Assembly: GCF_004010195.1 (NCBI RefSeq)
Contig: NC_057750.1
Location: 11,941,144 to 12,005,143 of the forward strand
Origin: Chiloscyllium plagiosum
Lineage: Eukaryota
Direction: 5' to 3'
DNA: 64,000 nt
The notes under the pieces were generated by a model that was not told the origin of the DNA, did not search any database, and saw only the letters and a list, made by a program, of their open reading frames with translations. The stretch's first letter is position 1; the number at the start of each line of letters is the position of its first letter. This document shows, piece by piece, positions 13,934-25,296 of the stretch. The position numbers were made by a program, and so were the translations under genes.

Positions 13934-14110
13934 CTCTTCCATTTTAGCGAGGAAACTGGCAATGAAATCCCAGGGCCTGTCTTTGGTGTGTGCGTCTTTG
14001 TGATTTTGGATCATTTCTCTCAGGAAATCTTTTATTTTCGCTGCGTTTTTGAAAAGCCTGTTGTGAGGGCCTGGGAGGTGATCCAAAATGCTGGGAAGCA
14101 AATCGTACAG
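13934..14110 (-). CDS. CYP2: CYP2 exon 5 (LYDLLPSILDHLPGPHNRLF...DFIASFLAKMEE)
   Basis: 177 nt, cag acceptor, gag|gtttgt donor. Confidence 0.95.
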
Positions 14111-14549
14111 CTGTAGACATGAAAGAACACAAGAAATGGTAATGAGCTGAGTTAGGGTGGGAGGAATGTCAACTTGTGGAGGCTGGAAAATGTCACAACC
14201 AAATAGCATGAGCTGAACTTTTATCTGTCACTAGATATGGGTATGTCTGAAGACGAAAACATACAAATTTGCATTTATATCACATCTATCATAATGTCAG
14301 ATATCCCAAAGTGCTTTATACCTACTGAAGCACTTTTTCTGAAGTGTAGTTACTATTTGAATGTTGGAAGCAGGTTAATTAATGCTACACATAATAAGAT
14401 TCCATAAACAGTAGAGATAATGACCAGGTCATCTGGTTTATGTGTTACTTCAGAATTAAATACTAGCCTACCTCCAAGAGTACAACAGAATTGCTTATAT
14501 CTACCACAGAGGTCAGGTGGAGCCTTAGTTTAACCTCTTCCTTGTAAGA

Positions 14550-14710
14550 TAAAGTGAGGACTGCAGATGCTGGAGATCAGAGCTGAAAATGTGTTGCTGG
14601 AAAAGCGCAGCAGGTCAGGCAGCATCCAAGGAGCAGGAGAATCGACGTTTCGGGCATGAGCCCTTCTTCAGGATTCCTGACCTGCTGCGCTTTTCCAGCA
14701 ACACATTTTC
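14550..14710 (-). mobile_element. PLE family A terminal repeat with inverted tail
   Basis: Hammerhead core ctgaaga-gggc/gccc-gaaacgtc on the minus strand; flanked by a near-duplicate acctc..ccttgtaaga; sits inside an older SINE. Confidence 0.8.
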
Positions 14711-14859
14711 ACCTCCCCCTTGTAAGACAATAGTTCTTTAGTACTACACTCAGACTGTCAGTCCAGATTGCATGTTTGCATCTCTGGAGTGGAGTTTGAA
14801 AGTGTAACTATATGACTTAGGGGTGAAAGCGTTGTCCCTGTATTGGGGTCATTGAGCTA

Positions 14860-14895
14860 TAGAGAGAGAGAGAGCGAGAGAGAGAGAAGAGAGAG
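14860..14895. repeat. (GA)n microsatellite
   Basis: agagagagag run. Confidence 0.9.
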
Positions 14896-15663
14896 GTCTG
14901 GGGATGTAGGCCTGGTCTTTCTCTTGTTGCTTTCCCTGGAACATTTTCACCCCCAGGTCCAGTTCCTCTGACTCGGACTCTGACACAGGTGGCGCGTGCT
15001 GGACCGTTGCCTGTCTCTTGCGTCCAGAGCGTCTCAGGAGAGTTTCCTCCTCTTCTTCAGTGGTAACAGTATTGAGGCGGCATCCATCTGAGACTATGAG
15101 GTTTCCTTGATACTAGATGGAGGGCAAGCACCTATGGTTTCCAACAGGCCTTCGAGCTGCTCTGAGGGGCCAGATAGGTTTTGCTCCTCCCCATTTGCAG
15201 GTGATTGACGTGTTTGTTCAGGACTGTATCATCTACCTGAACTTTGTAAGTCACAGTGCGTCAACATGGCCTTGTACCCATACAGGGCCATTCCCATGGT
15301 TCTGACACCAAACTTCATCTCCTGAATTAAACTGTCTCTCTCACGTAGAGACATGGGGGCAGTACTGCTGTTCCTGCTGCCATTTTATCTTCCACCCGCC
15401 TCCAGACCTGGAAATATCAGGTTTAACCTGTTGTGGAGTCTCTTCCCCATTAGCAATTCTGTTGGAGCCATCCCTGTCGTTGCGTGTGGGCTGATCCTAT
15501 AAGCAAACGTGAACCGGAACAGTTTGGTATCAGGTGATGCTGCAGTCTGCCTCTTTAAGTGTGTCTTCAACATTTGGAGTGTTCTTTCCACTAGATCATT
15601 GGATGATGGATGGTATGGTGCTGAAGGCCATTTGACTTTAGGAAGTATTCAAATTCTCTGCTG

Positions 15664-15990
15664 CTAGATTAGATTAGATTAGATTACTTACAGTGTGGAA
15701 ACAGGCCCTTCGGCCCAACAAGTCCACACCGACCCGCCGAAGCGCGCCAACCCAGACCCATTCCCCTACATTTACCCCTGCGCCTAACTCTACGGGCAAT
15801 TTACTATAGCCAATTCACCTGACCTGCACGTTTTTGGACTGTGGGAGGAAACCGGAGCACCCGGAGGAAACCCACGCAGACACAGGGAGAATGTGCAAAC
15901 TCCACACAGACAGTCGCCTGAGGCGGGAATTGAACCCAGGTCTCTGGCGCTGTGAGGCAGCAGTGCTAACCACTGTGCCACCGTGCCGCC
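15664..15990 (-). mobile_element. HE1-type V-SINE nested in the Gypsy element
   Basis: Near-identical to the other HE1 copies. Confidence 0.9.
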
Positions 15991-16126
15991 CCTGACATCC
16001 CATTGTCCATGACCAATACTTCTGGGAGTCAGTGTATCATGATGTTCAAAGCTTTTCAATCGTCATCCCGAAGTTTGCTGAGTGAACTTTATGCACATCC
16101 AACCACTGTGAATGGGACTCCATAAT

Positions 16127-16451
16127 TAGATTAGATTTTAGATTACTTTACAGTGTGGAAACAGGCCCTTCGGCCCAACAAGTCCACACCGACCCGCCGA
16201 AGCGTAACCCACCCCTATCCCTACCCCTACATTTACCCCTTACCTAACACTACGGACAATTTAGCATGGCCAATTCACCTGACCTGCACATCTTTGGACT
16301 GTGGGAGGAAACCGGAGTACTCGGAGGAAACCCACGCAGACACGGTGAGAACGTGCAAACTCCACACAGACAATCGCCTGAGGCGGGAATTGAACCCAGG
16401 TCTCTGGCGCTGCGAGGCAGCAGTGCCAACCACTGTGCCACTGTGCCGCCC
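16127..16451 (-). mobile_element. HE1-type V-SINE nested in the Gypsy element
   Basis: Near-identical to the other HE1 copies. Confidence 0.9.
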
Positions 16452-18522
16452 AGGAACGTTGAGCCCATGAAAGGACCGGCATGTAACAGAGTCCAGGTGC
16501 CAGCCATTCTCATGAATGCGGGGGAGCTGCTGGTGGCAACCTTTGTCCTTGTTGGTACTCTGGCCAGTGCCTCACCAACACAGCCATGTCAGCATCTAAT
16601 CCTGGCCACCAGGTACAGCATTTTGCTAGCACCTCCAGTTTGGAAAACCCTAGGGAATGACCCTGGTGGAGTTCAGCCAGTAACTGGTGGTGACCTTTAC
16701 TTGGGACAATCACCCTTGCTCCATATAGTAATACGCCATCTTCTACTCAGAACCTTTCTCAACCAACTCCCCCCTAGTTGGCTTGGGCCCAATCCTTTTA
16801 CTATCATCAGTGGGAACAGCACTAACTGCTTCTCACAGGACACAAGAACTGAAGTTGTATCCATAATCTGTGATGGTTCCCCAGTGATGTTCTCAGTCTG
16901 GCTGAGGTCTGTGCAAAAAATAAGAGTTGAAGTCTCGAGTGAATCTTGTTAAAGACAGATTCTGCAACCACAGATACAGCTGCACTGGTGTTGAACTCCA
17001 TGGGAACTTGGTATCCAATTAATTAAACATTAATTTTAATCAGTTCCAATTTGGGCATCACCAAGCAATTTAATTGTTGCAACCCACATGTACAAGAACT
17101 TTCCAGAGTGTGCACTCTCCTGGGTAGCGGCCTACGGATTTTCCTACTCACGTCAGGCCTGTAGGACTGCTTTGCTGTCTTGAGTCAACATAACAGCAGC
17201 AACTACAATGGCTCATTGGTCCAGATCCTCAAGAACATTTAGCTTCTTGGCCAAGGCTCGACTTTGATGTGTGGTTCTGCTGTGGGGTTGGCCTTGGGTC
17301 TGTTCAGGATATGTCCTGCATGAGGCTCTGCAATTGCCTTCACTCAAGTGGTGTTCCTCAAACTCAGTCAGACAGGTGGTGGAGTCCACTTCCATTGGGA
17401 TGCCCTGTAGCTCCCATGCTTCACTTGTCACATTTTCTAATAACAGAGCCAGTTGTAGTGCCTGTTTGAAGTCCCGTTGGGCTTCTGCATGGTTACGTCA
17501 TTAATCCCACATACCAAAAGGTCTTTCAGTATCTCATTCAGAGTTAACCCAAAATCACAAACCTTTGCCAGTCATCAAAAATCCTGAATTGAATCCCCCC
17601 CGGTTCTCTAACAGCTGAACAAAACTGATAGCATCTCAGAAATAGAGGCGGTTTGAGGGTCATAATATTTCTTAGCCAACGCCATCAACTCTTGGAAGGT
17701 GCCTGGTGCCTTTGGGAAGGTTAAGCCCCTTGTAACCAAAAATGCTTATGGGTCCATTAATCATTGCTTCATGTGCTCCAATGTCAATTGCCCGGAAAAA
17801 AAAATCACATTCTTTCCACACACTGGGCTTAGTCTTCGACATCAGGGTCAAACAAGTCAAGCTTCCCAAATGAAGGCATGTGCTACCTAACTCTCATCAC
17901 CACTGTAATAACTGCCCAGAGGCTGGTATCCCATCACCAAGTCACCCTTTATTTACTTGTGCACAGTACACTGGCTGTAGCCAGCCAGCTCAGAGACAGA
18001 CTGAGGAGAGGCTAAACCTCCCATTAATTTTTTTTTAAAAAAAGACAACAGGTGTACAAATCTTTATTCAATTTCCACCACCAGGAAGAAAGGAAATCTC
18101 CTGCTAATATTGGTCAGCTAGGGCTTTCTTGATTGGCCCAGGTTAACAGCTCCAATCATGTAGTCAATGCGATCCACCTGGTTCCAATACAGCACTTGAA
18201 TAACTATCTCTCTCAATTCCCATAGTAGCTAAAAATCTATCTATTTCAGCTGTAAACATAATCATTGCCAAACTTTGACAGCCCTCTGCAGTGGAGAATT
18301 CTGAGCTCTCTCTGAGTGAAAAACACATTCACATCTCATTCCAAAATGGCTAAACCCTTATCCTGCAGCAATGACTCAGAGTGTCAGCCCTCTAACCAGG
18401 GAAAAACCAGCTTCTTTGTATTTCCGCTATAAAATTCTCTAACAATTTTATATATTTCAATGAGAATACCTCTCAAACTTCCACAGAATGTAGTCCACCC
18501 TACTCTCTTGCCATACTCTTAT

Positions 18523-19556
18523 AGGAGAAAGTGAGGACTGCAGATGCTGGAGATCAGAGCTGAAAATACGTTTTCAGCTACCTACATTCCCTGCAATCAG
18601 CCCTACCCCAGCTCAGGACAACACTCTCACAGACCTGCAAAGGACCTCTACTGTTCTTCATCCACAGAAGATCTGCAGTCCTCACTTCCTCCTAGAAGAT
18701 TTTAACCTACTGCGAATCCTCTTGCAAGGATGCCTTCCTTGAAGAAGCTCTCTTCCTCCCTCTACAAGTAATGATTCGGAGATGCCGGTGTTGAAGTGGG
18801 GTGTACAAAGTTAAAAATCACACAACACCAGGTTATAGTCCAACAGGTTTAATTGGAAGCAACTAGCTTTCGGAGCGACGTTCCTTCATCAGGTGATTGT
18901 GGAGGGCTCGATCATAACACAGAATTTAAAGCAAAAATTTGCAGTGTGATGTAACTGCAGTTACATCACATCTGTGTTACGATCGAGCCCTCCACAATCA
19001 CCTGATGAAGGAGCGTCGCTCCGAAAGCTAGTGTGCTTCCAATTAAACCTATTGGACTATAACATGGTATTGTGTGATTTTTAACTCCCTCTCCAAGGAT
19101 TTCAGTGAGTCCCTCTCTCACTGCACACCCCAGGTCATCTCCTCTGCCCAGAAGCTCTTCAGCCACGTTCTCAAACAGACTCGCTACCACAGCCACATCT
19201 CCTTCCTCAGCACCTGCCTACGGAACCGACTGACCCTGCACGGACTCTGGACTACGTTCAGACCAACAGAATTTGGACCCAACCAGGACAACCAGTACCT
19301 ACAACAAATCCAAAGCCTCCAGCAACAGACCTCCCTCCAGATCCTCCACTCCACGCTTGCAGCCATGCGCCGCTACCTACATTCCCTACAGTCAGCCCTA
19401 CCCCAGCTCAGGGCAACACTCTCACAGACCTGTAAAGGTCCTCCACCGTTCTTCATCCACAGAAGAATCCATACACTAAACAAACAGTTCTTCCTGACCA
19501 TATCGGAATTGGATGCTGCCTGACCTGCTGCGCTTTTCCAGCAACACATTTTCAGC
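18523..19556 (+). mobile_element. Rearranged PLE family A insertion (ORF N-terminus) containing a nested family B inverted repeat at ~18772-19086
   Basis: 14-bp TSD tgccatactcttat; PLE N-terminal motif HSHISFLSTCLRNRLTLHGL; internal duplication 18577-18670 vs 19371-19465; the nested element is flanked by ccctct(a/c)caag. Confidence 0.8.
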
Positions 19557-19737
19557 TGCCATACTCTTATGCCAGGACTCAATCAAATACCGAAATGAAT
19601 ACATAAATTCTAATATTTATAAGAATTTCCATCTGTGATATGCAATATAGCCTTAGCATCGGGGCAAGGTGAAAGGAGTGTTATGAAGATGGAGGGTAGC
19701 TGGTCTATGCCAAGAGTTTTTGGCACTAACCAGACTT

Positions 19738-19869
19738 CATTTCCTGATGAGGGCTTACACCTGAAACGTTGATTTTCCTGCTCCTCGGATGCTGCCTGAC
19801 CTGCTGTGCTTTTCCAGCACCACACTTTCGACTCTAATCTCCAGCATCTGCAGTCCTCACTTTCTCCAT
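19738..19869 (+). mobile_element. PLE family A terminal fragment
   Basis: TSD actaaccagact; cctgatga...gaaacgttg, then gatgctgcctgacctgctg. Confidence 0.8.
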
Positions 19870-20107
19870 ACTAACCAGACTCCCAAACTCAGGTGTCTTT
19901 ATTAAGAGATGATGGTCGCCACACCTTATTACTCGGCGATCATTTGTTAGGAAATCACAGATGACATGATAGGGTTTCAGGGAATGAGTCATTCAACAGT
20001 GAGATGTGTTGGGGCAAGGTGAGGCTGGGAGCTGAGCCATAGGTGTGGAAGGATTCCTGAGAAATGGGGGCGACATGACTCAAACTGCTACCTCCAGCCT
20101 CGTGTAT

Positions 20108-20288
20108 TTGATTAGATTAGTTTCGATTCCCTACAGTGTGGAAACAGTCCCTTCGGCCCAACAAATCCACACCGAAATCTCCGAAGAGCAACCCACCCAG
20201 ACCCATTCCCCTACATTTACCCCTGACTAATGCACCTAACACTACGGGCAATTTAGCATGGCCAATTCACCTGACCTGCGCATCTTTT
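20108..20288 (-). mobile_element. HE1 SINE 3' portion
   Basis: Matches the HE1 tail. Confidence 0.85.
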
Positions 20289-20783
20289 GTAGAATAAAAT
20301 TTGGACTCTGTAAAGAAGCCCCCAGCCAAGATACTGAACTGTAATGAGAACATCACAAAGGCATTACAGAAGGTGCAGGGAAGATTCATGACAGTGATTC
20401 CAGGGATAAGGAACTACAGAGATGTTGATAGACTTGGAAATCAGGATTGTTTTCCTTGGACAAGTCAAGGCTGAGAGGGGGTTTGATAGAAGTGCCAAAA
20501 TCAGCAAAAACATGGGTAGAGTAGAGGCCAGGTCATCTGTAAAAAGAGCGATAGCGATAGGGGGAGATGCTTTATCCCGCACTGAGTGGTTGGGATTGGG
20601 AATACTCTGAGAATTGGATCATTTTCTGAAAAGGAAGAATGTGCGGGGCTATGGACAAATGGTGGCAGGAAGGAGAGGGGAGGAGAAATGGTATCATGTC
20701 AACTGCAGTTGCAGAATGCCAGGGTAGCATTATGGTCTGTGCTATATCATTCAATGGGTCTGCTTGGCATATGAAGAACACTC

Positions 20784-20869
20784 GGATGCTGCCTGACCTG
20801 CTGTGCTTTTTCCAGCACCACTCTAATCTAGACTCTGATCTCCAGCATCTGCAGTCCTCACGTTTGCCT
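20784..20869 (+). mobile_element. PLE family A terminal fragment
   Basis: 15-bp TSD atatgaagaacactc. Confidence 0.8.
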
Positions 20870-21359
20870 ATATGAAGAACACTCCCATGGATCATTCAGG
20901 AAACATTTTCTCAGAACAAATAGAGAACTCCCAGACAGAACAGATTGTAGAGATTTCGTCACAATGTTTTGTGAAATGTACAGATTGTTCTTCGATGAAA
21001 CAATTTACAATTATCGCATTCCACCTTCTGGTAAAGATTTTTAAAAAAGTGTTAGGGGAGTGGAAAGGTAATGGGGAGCTTTGATGTCTTTATTCTGAGC
21101 TCAGAGTTCTCATTAAACTTTCAGCTCTTTGATGTGAAGTTTATTCAGTGAATTAAGAACCAACACTACTGAGGTGAACTGGAAATATTGGTGAGTTCAG
21201 GGGTGTGGGGACACTCATGGAATGAGCTGTCACCCTCAGAGTTCAAAGGTCAAGGAGTATTGGTCAGTAGGAGAATGGTCTGTACTACTGAGCAATAAAC
21301 AAGTGAAGGCAGGCAGTGAGGAAAATGGAGAAAGTAAAGAGTGGCAGTGATTGACTTAC

Positions 21360-21520
21360 CTGCCCCCAGGGGCTGCTAATGACTCTCATGTTTTCTGTGA
21401 TCATGTCCAACAGAGTGAGCAGATTCTTATCTGTGTAATCGAACCGGTTCCCAAAGACAACGGCACACATTATGTTTGCGGTGGCGCAGGTCAGCTGGAA
21501 TGTGGGGTCAAAGGCCAACC
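21360..21520 (-). CDS. CYP2: CYP2 exon 4 (LAFDPTFQLTCATANIMCAVVFGNRFDY...SSPWGQ)
   Basis: 161 nt, ccag acceptor, cag|gtaagt donor. Confidence 0.96.
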
Positions 21521-21730
21521 CTGGTGAGACAATGTGAGTTGATTAGAGCAGCACAGCAAAGCAAAACATCAGCAGGATGGGGGTGGGAGATGGAGGGGGG
21601 TGGTGACATTCTGAAGTGGGAAACAGTGAGGGTAAGGCTTAATCTTCCGAAGCTGTCTTGGTGTGGGGACAGGGTGGGGAAACATCGTGTTAAACACTTC
21701 TTATTGGATTGGCCGATAGTATAAAGCAAG

Positions 21731-22052
21731 TGGCGGCATGGTGGCTCAGTGGCTAGCATTGTAGCCTCACAGCGTCAGGGACCCGGGTTCAATTCCCACC
21801 TCGGGCAACTGTCTGTGTGGAGTTTGCACATTCTCCTGATGTCTGCATGGGTTTCCTCCGGGTGCTTCGGTTTCCTCCCACAATCCAAAGATGTGCAGGT
21901 CAGGTGGATTGGTAATGTTAAATTACCTGTAGTGTTAGGTGCATTAGTCAGGGGTAAATGTAAGGGAATGATCCTGGGTGGGTTGCTCTTTGGAGGGTTG
22001 GTGTGGGCTTGTTGGGCCGAAGGGCCTGTTTCCACACTGTATGGAATCTAAT
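21731..22052 (+). mobile_element. HE1-type V-SINE
   Basis: Full head, V-domain and tail. Confidence 0.9.
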
Positions 22053-22794
22053 TTAATTGAAAAGGAGTCAACAGCTGATTGGCCCAATAGCACAAAATAA
22101 GTAACAGTTACCCATTATGGACCACACCATATTTCCCACCCATAAACTTAAGCCAATCCATTAGTTTCTTTCAAAGAATTGACACAGACATGTTGAGATA
22201 AACAGCCTCCCTCTGTGCTGCCTCATGCCTAGTTACAGGCATATGACATTCAGAGCTCTCGGTCACAACTTTAAAACTTGGATACAAACACGTATGAAGG
22301 CCTTTATCATTTGGGTTACAGACAATGTTGAGACTCCTACGAATTAAATATAAATTTAGGTTAGATACCTCATGGCTATTAGTGGAATTCACACGTCTTT
22401 ATTTAAGGATGGGTCAACACTAAATACTAAAGTTTCTGGACTGTTTCATACCGGACAATAGGGAAGATCAAGACTCAATTTGTGGCACAAATTGTCATTA
22501 TCAACTTCCAATTCTATTATAATAGCCTCCTCTATCCAAACTAAACAAGGCCTCAGAAGTGTTAACCAACAACACAGGATGTGGAATCAATGCGTACGTG
22601 CTGCAACACCCATGTTTTCTTCATCTGTTTATAACATCAACGAGGTTGTGTATGCGAAGCTATTCGAACTGTCTGTTCAGCTAGCCTGCAAATCAAACCT
22701 GGAATCTAGCTGCAAAGCATCCAGTAACCAGAGTACTCAGCCTGTTCAAGTCAAAGCAAAGTTGAACAGAATTGTGAGCAACAATACCTCGTGA

Positions 22795-23970
22795 CCTGAT
22801 GTACTCAATGTATTTTCCACTCGCTTTGAACAGAAGGTTAGTGAAACATTGTCATCTATCACACCAGCCTGTACCCACGGTCACTGCCACAGCCTCTGGA
22901 CCAGTCATCTTGAGAGTAAACCCACGAAAAGCAATTGGCCTCGGATGGAGTCCCCAGCCGTGCATGCAGATCTTGTGCGGACCAGCTGTGGGAGTATTCA
23001 CAGACATATTTAGCCTCTCCTTACTACCATCTGAAGCCCCCACCTGCCTCAAGAAGACCACCATCATTCTGGTGCCAAAGAAAAACCATGCACAGTGCCT
23101 CAATGACTACCACCCGGTGGCTCTGGCATCCACTGTTATGAAGTGCTTCGAGAGGTTAGTAATGGCTCCACCCTCCCAGATTACCTTGATCCTTTGCCGT
23201 TCACCTACTGTCACAACAGGTGCATGGCAGGTGCCATCTCCTGGCCCTACACTCAGCCTGGAACATCTGAATAACAAGGATACCTACATCAGGCTCCTAC
23301 TTAATGACTACAGTTCCCCTTTCAACACCATAATTCCAAACAAACGCATCTCTAAACTCCAAGACCTAGGTCTCAGCTCCCATCTCTATAGTTGGATTCT
23401 TGATGTCCTGATCCATAACTGCAATCTGTAAGGATAAGTGACAAAACCCACTTCCATCATAATCCTCAACACCAGTGCTCGACAAGGCTACATACTCAGC
23501 TCCTTACCGTACCCTTTATACACTCATGAGTGTGTGGCCAAATTCCATCCCAACTCCATTTACAAGTTTGCTGGTGACACCACTGTTGTAGGTTGGATCT
23601 CAAACAGCGACGAGACAGAAACTAGGAAAGAGACTGAGTGCTTAGTGGCATGGGGTAAAGGCAACTATCTCTCTCTCAATGTCAGCAAAACAAAGGAGCT
23701 GGTCATTAACTTCAGGAAGTGGAGTGGAGGACACTCTCTGCATCAATGGGGCTGAGGTGGAGATGGTTGAGAGTGCCTGGTTCCTAGGAGTTGATGATCT
23801 GTTCTGGTCCACCCATGTTGGATCAAGAATGCACAACAATGTTTGTACTTCCTCAGGAGGCTAAGGAAATTTGGCATGTCCACAAAGACTCTTACCAATT
23901 TTTTATAGATGCACCATAGAAAGCATCCTATCCAGATGCATCACAGCTTGGTTCGGCAACTGCTTTGCGT
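22795..23970 (+). mobile_element. Rex1/Babar-like LINE reverse transcriptase fragment, frameshifted
   Basis: VFTDIFSLSL...KKTTIILVPKK...LNDYHPVALASTVMKCFERLVM; KFAGDTTVVG; LNVSKTKELVINFRK. Confidence 0.85.
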
Positions 23971-24019
23971 ACACAGATGCCTATTTGAAATCAAATGTGT
24001 GATGTTGCATTTACTCAAG

Positions 24020-24330
24020 GTGAAGGCATTGGTAGAGTCTTTGGACTAGTAATCCATAACTCCAAGCTAAAACTCTGAAGTTGTGGGTTCAAATTTTAAA
24101 TTCAATAAAAATCTGGGATAAAGAGCTAACTTAATAGCAACAAGTAACCACTTTGCATTGTCGTAAAAAAAATCTGGTTCACTGGTGCTCTTTAGCAAAG
24201 CAAATCTGCCATCTTTACTTGGTGTAGCCTGTATGGGATTCCTGATCCACAGCAATATTGTTGACGCTTAACTGCCCTTTGGGTAATTAGGGATAGGCAA
24301 TAAATGCCCATATCCCATAAATGAAAATGA
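24020..24330 (+). mobile_element. Second shark tRNA-derived SINE family (further copies ~13320-13625, 27505-28020, 35215-35575, 44150-44360, 59000-59225, 59860-60195)
   Basis: Shared core ggaaatctgcc...tgtgactccagacccacagcaatg...agggatgggcaataaatgc. Confidence 0.7.
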
Positions 24331-24426
24331 AAGGAAAAGAACATTGAGTAGTGTATGAGGACAAAATACTATGTGCTGTTCCTGCACTGGAATAAGAAGT
24401 TGGGGCCAGTGATTTCATCAACGTTT

Positions 24427-24770
24427 GGAGATGCAGGTGTTGGACTGGAGTGTACAAAGTTAAAAATCACACAACATCAGGTTATAGTCCATTAGAACAT
24501 TACAGCGCAGTACAGGCCCTTCAGCCCTCAATGTTGCGCCGACCTGTCATACCAATCTGAAGCCCATCTAACCTACACTATTCCATGTACCTCCATATGC
24601 TGGTCCAATGATGACTTGAATGTACTTAAAGTTGGTGAACCTACCACAGTTGCAGGCAAAGCATTCCATACCCTTACTACTCTGAGTAAAGAAACTACCT
24701 CTGACATCACCAGCTTTTGCAGCGTTGCTCCTTCACTTGACTATAACCTGGTGTTGTGTGATTTTTAACT
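24427..24770. mobile_element. PLE family B inverted repeat interrupted by a CR1 3' fragment (~24492-24708)
   Basis: ggagatgc..gtgttggact..gtacaaagttaaaaatcacacaac and its complement at ~24738-24770. Confidence 0.7.
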
Positions 24771-25146
24771 GTGATTTCATCAACATGTGCAGGAACTGGA
24801 AGTCAGCGCCCATTCTGCCATTGGTGCATGTGCATAACTATGTGTCTACGCCATTCTCAGTGCTTCCCTGGCCCACTCCCTACCCCTCAATGCCTCCACT
24901 CTCACTCGCTGTCCTGTTCCCTCACTCAGGGAGAACTGTAAGCAGGGAACAGGATGGTGGGCAGAAAAGAGGCAGTGCGGAGTCTGGAATAGGATGGCCA
25001 GGGATGTACTGAAACAGTCTACCACTAGTCTGACTGTTCCCTTTGACTTTACCTCAGCTACACTGCTGACCTTGGTGCACAGGTTGTGGTCTGAATGCCA
25101 TCTGTATTTGGTGTTCAGTGTTCCAGTCTGGAAGGGAGCCACTAAC

Positions 25147-25296
25147 CTTCAGTTCTTCGGAAGACCTCCACCAGGCACTCTGCCTCTTGCTGGATGAAAC
25201 TCTCCAGCGTCTTGGACCCTCTCCCGAAATTTCTCAGCGTCTTGACAGCAAAGTTCCGTAGCTGCAGTGAGCGGTGCCCATTGCTGCTGGCAATAC
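25147..25296 (-). CDS. CYP2: CYP2 exon 3 (IASSNGHRSLQLRNFAVKTLRNFGRGSKTLESFIQQEAECLVEVFRRTE)
   Basis: 150 nt, ccag acceptor, g|gttagt donor; C-helix region. Confidence 0.95.

Larger units (their letters stand above)
14900..18190 (-). mobile_element. Decayed Ty3/Gypsy LTR retrotransposon with 5' LTR at ~17904-18190
   Basis: Integrase fragments (YRISPHATTGMAPTELLMGKRL; LAELHQGH...WWPGLDAD), gag-like remnants, degenerate PBS tggtgatgag next to the LTR. Confidence 0.8.

Noticed and set aside
16266..16952. 228-aa ORF
   Set aside because: Antisense read-through of an HE1 SINE and a Gypsy remnant.
21731..21810. tRNA-like A and B boxes as tRNA genes
   Set aside because: These are SINE heads followed by the V-domain and tail, present in many copies.
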